In this document: one piece after another, positions 53,880-64,000 of the stretch
Position numbering within the stretch: position 1 is the stretch's first letter
Layout of the letters: each line of letters opens with the position of its first letter
Assembly: GCA_951406725.2 (NCBI GenBank)
Contig: OX597833.1
Span: 14,508,001 to 14,572,000 of the forward strand
Length of the DNA stretch: 64,000 nucleotides
From: Octopus vulgaris
Lineage: Eukaryota
Reading direction: 5' to 3'
The notes under the pieces: model-generated
Seen by the model: the letters and a program-made list of their open reading frames with translations, nothing else
Told to the model about the DNA's origin: nothing
Databases searched by the model: none
Translations under genes and position numbers: made by a program

Positions 53880-54555
53880 CAATGTAGGTGTATAATGGAT
53901 ATAGTGGTTCGAATCTCAAACCGGGTGATAATGGTGTGTTTATGAGCGAAAAACCTGAGCTCCACGTGGCCCGGCAGAAGGCAATGGCGAACTTCTGCTG
54001 ACTCTTTCGCCATAACTTTCTCTCACTGGAGGCGCAATGGCCCAGTGGTTTGGGCAGCGAACTCGCGGTCGGAGGATCGCGGTTTCGATTCCCAGACCGG
54101 GCATTGTGAGTTTTTATTGAGCGAAAACACCTAAAGCTCCACGAGGCTCCGGCAGGGGATGGTGGTGATCCCTGCTGTACTCTTTCACCACAACTTTCTC
54201 TCGCTCTTTCTTCCTGTTTCTCTTGTACCTGTATTTCAAAGGGCTAGCCTTGTCACTCTCTGTGTCACGCTGAATCTCCTCCAGAACTACGTTAAGGGTA
54301 CACGTGTCTGTGGAGTGCTCAGCCACTTGCACGTTAATATCACGAGCAAGCTGTTCCGTTGATCGTATCAGCTGGGACCCTCATCGTCGCAACCGACGGA
54401 GTGCTCCTAACTTTTTCTCACTCTTTCCTCTTCTATCTAGCATCTCACATGCGACGGACCGGCGTCGATTCCACGTGGGGAACCTATACACTAATGATAC
54501 CGGAAAACCGGCCCTTCTGACCCAGGCATGGCTGGAGAAGGAACACACAACAACA
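53880..54555 (+). mobile_element. SINE family D, split by a family B SINE
   Basis: Halves 53880-54027 and 54408-54555. Confidence 0.8.
54028..54408 (+). mobile_element. SINE family B, tail 1, nested
   Basis: TSD taacttt(c/t)tctcact. Confidence 0.9.
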
Positions 54556-54842
54556 AAACACACACACACGCATATATGTGGCTTTATGGAGATCGTGGTT
54601 TCAGTCCCTTGACCGTGTGGTGCGTTGTGTTTCTGAGTAAAACATTTAATCTCCCCTTGCTCTGCGATCACTTCAACACCTGACTGTGGTACACAGTGCA
54701 CCTGTCCAGGTAACGTCGGGAGCGAACTAATGTACAACACATACATTTGATCACCATTAAACAAATGATTTCCAGGTAGTTCGGCAAAAGGCTGAACACA
54801 TATACGTTGTCTTCGACGGGACACTCCATTGTATATATATAT

Positions 54843-55050
54843 AGTTAATCCAAACAAGAAGGTACAAAAAGAATACAACAACGCGAGGACGTGGAACAAA
54901 TATAGTATTATTGGACGCGCAGGAAAGAAGGAAAGAAGGAGGGTTTAACGTTTCGAGCGGAGCTCTTCGTCGGAAACATAGGAGAAGGAAAGATCCAGAG
55001 AAGGGAAGACAGAGGAAAAAAATCGCCAACGGTACACACGAGATCACACA
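54843..55050 (-). mobile_element. Short hammerhead-like repeat, copy 2
   Basis: GTTT-CCGACGAA-GAGC-TCC-GCTC-GAAACGTT-AAAC at 54943-54977; ends in (TA)n. Confidence 0.7.
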
Positions 55051-55059
55051 TATATATAT

Positions 55060-55435
55060 GTGTGTGGTAAGTAGCTTGCTTATCAACCACATGGTACTGG
55101 GTTCAGTCCCACTGCGTGGCATCTTGGGCAAGTGTCTTCTGCTATAGCCTCGGGCCGACCAAAGCCTTGTGAGTGGATTTGGTAGACGGAAATAGAAAGA
55201 AGCCCGTCGTATATATGTATATATATGCATATGTGTGTGTGCGTGTATGTTTGTGTTTGTCCCCCTAGCATTTCTTGACAACCGATGATGGTGTGTTTAT
55301 GTCCCCGTAACTTAGCGGTTCGGCAAAAGAGATCGATAGAATAAGTACTGGGCTTACAAAGAATAAGTCCCGGGGTTGAGTTGCTCGATTAAAGGCGGTG
55401 CTCCAGCACTGCCGCAGTCAAATGACTGAAAAAAA
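55060..55435 (+). mobile_element. SINE family A
   Basis: Family match. Confidence 0.9.
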
Positions 55436-55475
55436 GTTTTTAAAAAATATATATATATATGTACTGTATATATAT

Positions 55476-55915
55476 CACGGCTTGGACAAAATGATGGAAA
55501 CACCTTAAATTTCAAACAAATTTATTATAATATGAGGTAGAACCGCCTTGGGCAATAATTACACCTTGAATTCTATGAGGTATGATCTCGTAAAAATTTT
55601 GAATTGTTTCTGAAGGAATTTTTGTCCATTCTACAGCTAAAACAGTCTCCGGTTCTTGGAGTGATTATGGTGGAGGATATCGACTCTTTATTTGTTTTTT
55701 CTTTTCTTACAAATGCACCATAAATGTTCAATAATATTGATATCTGGGGACTGTGTTAACCAGATAAGATGTTCAACTTCACTAGAATGTTCCTCGTGTC
55801 GTTCAGTAACAATTTTAACTGTGGGAATTGATGCATTATCATCCTGAAAGATTGCGTTTCCATCCGGAAACAGTTCCGCAACCATAGGACAAATTTGATC
55901 AGATAAAATGCTTAG
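55476..55915 (-). pseudogene. Tc1 (DD34E) transposase C-terminal relic with terminal repeat
   Basis: IFQDDNASI.T..W.TQSPDINIIEHLW; TIR-like cacggcttggacaaaatgatggaaaca next to a TA run. Confidence 0.85.
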
Positions 55916-55949
55916 TCTTGACTATAAATTCTGCCATGAAGGGAAACTT

Positions 55950-56195
55950 TTGGCTCCGGCAGGGAGTGGTGGCGAACCCTGCTGTATTCTTTTATCACAA
56001 CTTTCTCTCACTCTTTCTTCCTGTTTCTGCTGTACCTGTATTTCAAAGGGCCAGCCTTGTCACACACTGTGTTACGCTGAATCTCCCCGAGAACTACGTT
56101 AATGGTACACGTGTCTGTAGAGTGCTCAGCCACTTGCACGTTAATTTCACGAGCAGGCTGTTCCGACCCTCGTTGTTGTAACCGACGGAGTACCA
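55950..56195 (+). mobile_element. SINE family B, tail 1, 5'-truncated
   Basis: Family match. Confidence 0.85.
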
Positions 56196-56790
56196 CAACA
56201 ATTGACAATATTGAGGCGTGTCCTTTTTACTTGGGTATATTTAAACTAAATTGATATCGGCAGCACATGGTATAATTTCGAAAATCGTGTGTAAGTAAAT
56301 ATTTCCTCTATAGTTGATATTTATAGTGCAGGGTTATAGAATTATAAAGAGCTAAATTTATATTAGATAGTTCGCAAAATTTCATAAAACGAGTAAAAAT
56401 GAGAGCTTTGTTTATGTGAAATTGCTTGGGTGAAATTCGTATTTCAATTAGTGATTTATAGCTTTTAATTACTTCAAAATAATTAGATATAAAACTTATT
56501 TACACCATAAAAACTGTTTCGCTATTTGTTAGAATAATCAATCCATGTTTAATGAAATTTAATAACAAATTATATGGTTTATATTTTCGCAGATGCAATA
56601 AATAGGAAGAATATAGGGTACATCTTAAATTTAATGCATATACGTGTCTCGCATACAGGTATATAACACAAATTATGATTTAGAACAGGATTATTGCTGT
56701 TAATATACAATAATTTCACAAAAAGACTTCTCTTGGCTATACGTTGAAAGGTTTATCATTAAGTTAAATATTGCTATACAATATTACGAA

Positions 56791-56791
<1 letters not shown>

Positions 56792-56827
<36 letters not shown>

Positions 56828-57094
56828 TTATATAAATATATATATATATATCTTTATATAAATATATATATATATCTTTATATAAAATATATATATATAT
56901 ATCTTTATATAAATATATATATATATATCTTTATATAAATATATATATATATCTTTATATAAATATATATATATATATCTTTATATAAATATATATATAT
57001 ATATCTTTATATAAATATATATATATATTATATATATATTATTATATATTTATATAATAATATATATTATATATAATATATATATATATATCTT

Positions 57095-57143
<49 letters not shown>

Positions 57144-57170
57144 TTATATAAATATATATATATACATATA
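56792..57170. repeat. (TA)n-based minisatellite with tctttatataaa units
   Basis: About ten repeats of (at)n-ctttatataaat. Confidence 0.9.
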
Positions 57171-57171
57171 T

Positions 57172-57414
57172 ATCAGTCGCCAAGATAGATCGTTAACCAC
57201 ACACATTCTTTTCTCATTTAATATATATATATACAAAAAAAAAAAAAAAACCCAACACACACAAACAAAAAAGTTTTTCTGTGTCCCTCTCTGTAGAAGC
57301 CACACACAGCGTAGGCTCGAAACGTAAAAGACTTTTCTATTCCTGAGCGTTATACTAATACATCTGCCATTTTGTACACCACCTGTCTTAGTCTTTTGTT
57401 TTTTTCGTAAACTT

Positions 57415-57420
<6 letters not shown>
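57172..57420 (+). mobile_element. Short hammerhead-like repeat, another family, copy 1
   Basis: Inverted homologue of 63140-63330; ctgtagaag..agcgtaggctc-gaaacgta-aaag; (TA)n flanks. Confidence 0.65.
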
Positions 57421-57504
<84 letters not shown>

Positions 57505-57513
57505 GATATATAG

Positions 57514-57617
<104 letters not shown>

Positions 57618-58832
57618 CATATATATATATATGTACACATATATAAAATAATATATATATGTATATATAAATATATGCATGTGTATGTTTGTATATATAA
57701 ATGTATAAAATCTATATAAAATGTAATGTAGTATATCATAATATGTTTGCGTATCTGTGTGTATATGCCCATATATATGTGTGTGTTTCTGTTAATGAAA
57801 TCCTTCAAAAACAGGACATAAGCCTGTTCAATTCTGAGCAAATGCTTTAAACTTGGTGATTTATACAGAGAGATGCACGTAAAACGAGTAAATATTGAAA
57901 GATCCTTGAATTTTATAGTGTTGCATCAAGTCAATAATACGATGCATACACGTTTCATGTCGTTACTGAGAGAAATGAATAGAAATGAATAGAAATGAAA
58001 AAAGAAATAAACTGTTGTGTATAGAATTGAAGGTAATATTTAATTAAATAAAAACAACATATAATATCAAATTAGAGGGGAATTGTGAGAAAATGAATAC
58101 ATTCTTGATATAAGCTATGTTATAAATATTTATACGTAACGATAGAGTGTTATTAAAATAAATAGGATATGACCGTTGCCGTTTTGAATAAGGCTTAGAA
58201 AATGAGTTGGACATGGCACGTTGTATAGAGGTATAAATTAAATATATTTTTATATCGGATTCGCTTTATCTTTTACAGGGATGTAATATATGTAATATGT
58301 ATATGCTTGAGAACAATTACGTTTCATATAATATATTTTACATTAAATAATATATTGATATATTTTATGTGTGGACTTTGTTACCAGATATATATGCGTA
58401 TACGCTACATATTTTGGTATGTAATGAGAGGTATATAATATAATATAATATAAAAAATGAGAATATAAGATATGATGTATACATATTGGAATATATTATT
58501 GAATCTAAAGTATTATAATTTAACATTGCGGTAGAAATAAAAAAAAAAGGTAAGAAGATATGTAAAACGAGTTGAAATAAAAAGAACGTGGGATGCTACA
58601 TGTTCGAAGAAGGAAGCGCAAGATATCACGTGACCCGAAATTAATTATGAAGTTAGAGAACATGGAATTAATTCAGGTAGCGGAAGTTAAGAAAGAAATA
58701 GTAGTTAACTATAACAACAGTAAAATATATATAAGGGAATGTTGTCAAAATTCCAAAGTCTTGTTGTATCGCGTTTCTCATACATACGGCAGACATTTTG
58801 AATAAATCGTGTGGTTCGCAAGATATTTACGC

Positions 58833-59513
58833 ATGTATGTATGTATGTATGTATGTATGTATGTATGTATGTATGTATGTATGTATGCATGTATGTATGT
58901 ATATATGTACGTATGTATGTACGTATTTATGTATGTATGTATGTATGTATGTATGTATGTATTTATGTATGTATGTATGTATGTATTTATGTATGTATGT
59001 ATGTATTTATGTATGTATGTATTTATGTTTGTATGTATGTATGTATTTATGTATTTATGTATGTATGTCATTGTTTAATTTCATTTCAAGATTTCTTGCC
59101 AATAAAGAAAGAACCGGTTTCTCACCTAGATCCAATACTCCTTCACTGGAATTTCAACATCAACAACAGTCGTTCAAGTATTTGGACCTGGAAATCTCTA
59201 TTTCCAGCGACTTCGAGGGCCTCCTCCCAGTGGTGTCGGGTGTCAACGAAGAGCCCTCGACTACAACAAGACGACCAAAGTTTTTTTCTTTCTTCCAAGG
59301 CCTGGGGTCTCCCGCCCCCTAAGCCCTAGACCATCACCTAATCACCCTTACCCGTCTTGTTGCTTAACAACAACAGCAACAACAACAACAGGGTATTTTT
59401 GTTTGTATATATATGTATGTATGCAGATTTGTACGTTATGTATATATGTATGTATGTATGTATGTTTGTATGTATATATGTATGTATATATGTATGTATG
59501 TATATATGTAATG

Positions 59514-59575
<62 letters not shown>

Positions 59576-59623
59576 TGTATGTATGTATGTATGTATGTAT
59601 GTATGTATATGTATGTATGTATG

Positions 59624-59655
<32 letters not shown>

Positions 59656-59866
59656 TGTATGTATGTATGTATGTATGTATGCATGTATGTATGTATGTAT
59701 GTATATATGTATGTATGTATGTAATGTATGTATGTATGTATGTATGTATGTATGTATGTATGTATGCAGTATGTATGTATGTATGTATGTGTGTATGTAT
59801 GTATGTATGTATGTATGTATGTATGTATGTATGTATGTATGTATGCATGCATGTATGTATGTATGT
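58833..59866. repeat. (ATGT)n microsatellites around a complex insert
   Basis: Tracts 58833-59068 and 59403-59866; insert ~59169-59390 ends in (AAC)n with direct repeat caacaacag. Confidence 0.85.
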
Positions 59867-59867
59867 A

Positions 59868-60087
59868 CAAGTGGTTGCTGAAAAGTTCCAGGCTTTAGGT
59901 AAAAGAAAATACAGGGGGATCAGATAATTATGATTTTATTCAACATATTCCCGTCTCAGATCCGCATCCCTATCGTAGGGGTCCTGCAGTTTTTTTCTAA
60001 GCCTATAAAAGAACTTGGAAGATTGAGCTTCCAATCAGGGCTTTCGCGATACCCTTTATAGCCTGGAACTTTTCAACACCCCCCTCT
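59868..60087. mobile_element. Mariner-type MITE
   Basis: Imperfect TIRs gctgaaaagttccaggct / agcctggaacttttcaac, flanked by TA. Confidence 0.75.
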
Positions 60088-60114
60088 TATGTATGTATGT
60101 AAGTATGTATATCA

Positions 60115-60667
60115 GGTCACTTTCGAGTGCTGCTGGTAACATGCAACTCAGTACAACCTGTTGCATTGTCGGGTCGTCGGCGACTAAACCAGCAACCCCA
60201 CCAAGCTTGCTTTGTGAGGTGGGGTGTGCTTATTGGACACCCTGCGGGATGAAAAACAAAACCCGTCAAAGGACGGAGGAACTCTTGAGAGTCAACGTCC
60301 ATCCAATAAATGTGTTAAGGCTGTATCATGCGCGGGGACATAGAAATAATCGGACTGAATACCTGATCGCGCGGTTAAACCATTGGGAGTGAAGGACTCC
60401 TAGCCTTTGTTAGGGCATCCTTCTAGGAGAAGGTAACTCACATAACTGGGATAACTTCGACATAAAACCTGCGGTTCAGTGGTTACCGATGATGTTTACT
60501 TGTTCTTCTTTTCGGATTATGACTGCTGTTGCTTAGTGAGTGGGATTGACTCAGTGCACAGCCTTTCCTCACTATAAAAAAATCTTCTTGCACAGGCATT
60601 GCACGATAACAACATTGATTAAGCTTCGTGCAATGGCCATACTCGATAACGATGGAGCAGCCACCAT
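60115..60667 (+). mobile_element. Probable RTE-like LINE 5' UTR with decayed HDV-like fold
   Basis: GC-richer block inside (ATGT)n; gggcatccttctaggagaaggtaactc resembles an RTE 5' UTR motif; HDV-like element order at 60115-60192. Confidence 0.5.
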
Positions 60668-62687
60668 GCATGTATGTATGTATATGTTGGTATTTTAAAA
60701 ATTTTTAATGGAATTCAAGTCGGTTACTAAAAACCTGACGAGAATTTAAAACAGTTCTCATGTTTGTAAGTTTATAATTGAGCCAGTGTGTGCATATATG
60801 TACATGAATGCACCTGTATTTATGTTCTGAATATTTCTTTATCAACTATACGAGAAATATAGTCTTCCTATAATTTTTACTTTATGTACCGGAAGCGCAG
60901 TTTAAACCGTGTTAAAATGACGCTATTTTAAATAATCATATTGTTAGTGGAAATCGCGAGCGGCAAATGTTCCATAAATTTCGCAGTGATAATTTGAAAC
61001 GAAATACGAGCAGCTGTAATAAGAAATATTTCACAAATGGGTCTATAAAATATATTGCTCCACAAATTACCACCATGGTGCCCATCGGGCATGAATATAT
61101 TAAATCGACTTACATCAAATTTAGCGCTGGAATATAAAATACTGCTACCGAAGTGAAAACACACCGATGCACTATCAGCGACTATTCAAAGAATATCGGT
61201 AATTATTCTTAGATCATTTGATTTCCAAACTTATTTGGAGAGTGCTGTAGATATTCCAGGTGACAGTGGCGACTAAACTACTATGTAGGTGTAAGAGCGA
61301 GAATTCATAGACGTAAGGTACTACATATGTTTCGAATAATGCATTTACCATAAGACAAGTTTCTTTGTTATGAATGTCAGATATTGGTTGTTCTTACTGC
61401 TGATGTTTCTTTAGATTGTCTGTGATGCGGCTCTTAATAATTCTGGACTTGACCCTTATGCAAATGAAACCCATCAATACTTTGTGTCGAGTTTAAAAAT
61501 GTAGAGCTTGTGTCCTCTTCGAAATTGCTTATCAATGATTAAGAAGATTTTGAGAAAAACACATTTGTGTATCACGTTCATACTACATAACGAGACTCTC
61601 ACTTGTGTAGTGGAGCAGTTTTCGCCTTTATATTTATTTCGGTGAATATTACTTTTTGTCTAGATTCTGACTGAGATGCAGCGCTTCGTAACATCAAATG
61701 GGTTTGGAGAACGAAGCTTCATGTAATGATAAAGAAGATATACGTGTCACTATGGTTAAGTATTTGCTGTTATGTACTTGTCATATGAAAAAATGAGACA
61801 GGTGGTTTGATATTGTGGAGATATGTAATGAGAAAACGTTTTTGAATTTCTCATACAACCCTTAAATTAATTCAAGTTTGCAAAGCAGAAAGGTTGCTTT
61901 TGTCTAATTAGTGTTACCTTTTAACTTCGGGGCTTAACAGTTAATATAATTCGATCCAGTAGTAAATACGCCAGCTCTATACAGATCGCTGCAGATGCAA
62001 TTAAATGCAGCCCCCTGATTCGGTTTCGCGGTTCAAAGTCATTATATTTACATACAAAGAAACGGAATCATTTACACACAAAGAAACGGAATCAGATGCA
62101 GGTTGTGAATATTTACTCCTGCATTCTCACCATTAGTTTCTCATAATCGCTTTGTCTTTCGCCGTATCAGTCCCTTCCGTTGCCCACCTTTTGTTCTCGC
62201 AGTTTCCTGCTCTTTCTGTTACCCTCATTCATGCTATATTACCTGGACTAATGAATAACGTGCTGCATTCCAGGAATTAAAGCATGCTATAAAACGTTAA
62301 TACAAATGGTTGCGTTGAAAGGATAACATTCGTAGAGAAACAGTGACAGACACATTTGCAGCATCGATACGAAGGAAAATAACGGTAGTGACAAAATAAA
62401 AAGCGACTATAACTACGGTAGGAGCAAAGGGTAACAAAAACATACAATTTCAAACGCATACAAAATTAATAACAACAGTGACAGCGTTTGCAGTAAGAAT
62501 GAAACGATATCAAATGACATTAACAATAGTATTAATATTTATGACATTTCGAGAGACAAGGAAAAGAGAACGTCAGCATCAATAACTGTCCAAACGACGA
62601 GAGGGTTTCTGTGCGTTGGCTCCACCTGATATTTTACCAAATCGACATAATATGCATTAGCCATCACGCCGCCTTGGCAATAATAAT

Positions 62688-62915
62688 GCGGCGAGCTGGC
62701 AGAAACGTTAGCACGCCGGACGAAATGCGTAGCCGTATTTCGTCTACCGTTACGTTCTGAGTTCAAATTCCGCCGAGGTCGACTTTGCCTTTCATCCATT
62801 CGGGGTCGATAAATTAAGTACCAGTTACGCACTTGAGTCAATGTAATCGACTTAATCCCTTTGTATATCCTTGTTTGTCATCTGTGTTTAGCCCTTTGTG
62901 GGTAGTAAAGAAATA
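62688..62915 (+). mobile_element. SINE family C
   Basis: Full-length monomer with head and Meta/MESC-like domain. Confidence 0.9.
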
Positions 62916-63097
62916 GAAAAGAATAAATAATTCTTTCAAATTTAACAACAAATCCTAAAGTTTTGGTGGAAGACAATATTGGATTCCATGTAACCCAGGA
63001 CTCAGCAGGGACTTATTTTACAGATCCCATGAGCATGAAGTGCAAAGGTTACCGGAATGAAACTTCAAGTCAGAACTTAAAAAATCGGAAGAAATTT

Positions 63098-63139
<42 letters not shown>

Positions 63140-63142
<3 letters not shown>

Positions 63143-63330
63143 GGGAGAATTTACGAAAAAAACAAAAGACGAAGACAGGTGGTGTAGAAAACAGATGTAT
63201 AAGTATAACGCTCAGGAATACAAAAAAGTATTTTACGTTTCGAGCCTACGCTCGCCTACAGAAAGGAACACAGAAAAAACAAGGAGAGAAAAAAATGTGT
63301 GTTGTGGCTAACGATCTGTCATGGCGACTG
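63140..63330 (-). mobile_element. Short hammerhead-like repeat, another family, copy 2
   Basis: Minus strand TTT-CTGTAGGC-GAGC-GTAG-GCTC-GAAACGTA-AAA at ~63231-63264; (TA)n on both sides. Confidence 0.65.
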
Positions 63331-63804
63331 ATATATATATATATCTGGTTTGTAATGTTTTCCGCAGCCATAGCTCAGGGTTTTGTTTATAATCACTGTC
63401 ATGAAACCATTTTGTTAAATGTTTGAATTTTCACCTTTACAAATACTTTAGATTTTGATATTACACTGCACAGGTAGAACAAAATTTAAATTTTGAGTTA
63501 GAAGCAACACTGTAGTGTAAAATCTATTGCATATTGAGTATATGTGTATTGTCAAGGAGCTTTTGGTCATACTATTTCGTCCAGGGAAAATTCTTTGAAA
63601 AATGTAGTGATTGTGCATCAGTATTTTATGTCAGCATGTCGATATTATGCTCCCTGTATATACTTTGGGAGATCGATTTGAATTTGTGTGGAGGCTGAAT
63701 CAAGGATATGGCACTAGTGAGTTAAAATAAGAATCAAATATCTATGTTAGTTGTTTTCGTTCACTACCTCGACCTTTCGTTTCCATTGGATATGAAGTAT
63801 ACTC

Positions 63805-64000
63805 TCTTTCTCTTTTAATTGTTTTAGTCATTTGACTGTGGCCATGCTGGAGCACCGCCTTTAGTCGAACAATTCGACCCCAGGGCTTATTCTTTGTAAG
63901 CCTAGTACTTATTCTATCAGTCTCTTGTGCCGAACCGTTAAGTTACGGGGACGTAAACCAGCATCGGTTGTCATGCGATGTTTGGGAGACAAATATAGAC
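63805..64000 (-). mobile_element. SINE family A, 3' half
   Basis: Reverse complement of family A tail. Confidence 0.85.

Noticed and set aside
59205-59262. HDV-like fold (tcgagggc..ctcctccc..gccctcga)
   Set aside because: The outer stem and an L3-like run exist, but P1 pairs only 4 bp and the P1.1 GG and J4/2 geometry do not fit.
61044-61137. TATA box plus Kozak-like accaccATGg
   Set aside because: The ORF is only about 20 codons with no homology or splice support; expected by chance.

Overview
AT-rich, repeat-dense eukaryotic DNA. The SINE families and microsatellite content match what I recognise from octopod cephalopod (Octopus) genomes; that assignment is recognition, not a database result. 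No intact protein-coding gene can be supported, and almost all listed ORFs come from microsatellites or SINEs. The window holds dozens of tRNA-derived SINEs built from swappable head/body/tail modules, three non-autonomous Helitrons, MITEs, and decayed mariner/Tc1/maT/rosa/pogo/Tigger transposases. It also holds RTE, CR1 and probable Dong-R4 LINE pieces, a Penelope-like RT fragment, a ~480-bp inverted duplication, and an old ~3.5-kb tandem duplication with exon-like cores. The main hidden signal is a set of ribozyme-shaped motifs: about ten type I/minimal hammerhead motifs in several short repeat families, most ending in (TA)n (one with an intact core at 8578-8638, minus strand). These include a composite tRNA-head + (AAT)n + hammerhead element in three copies. 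There is also a decayed HDV-like fold at the 5' end of an RTE-like element. Coordinates of degraded repeats are approximate, and identities were estimated by eye.
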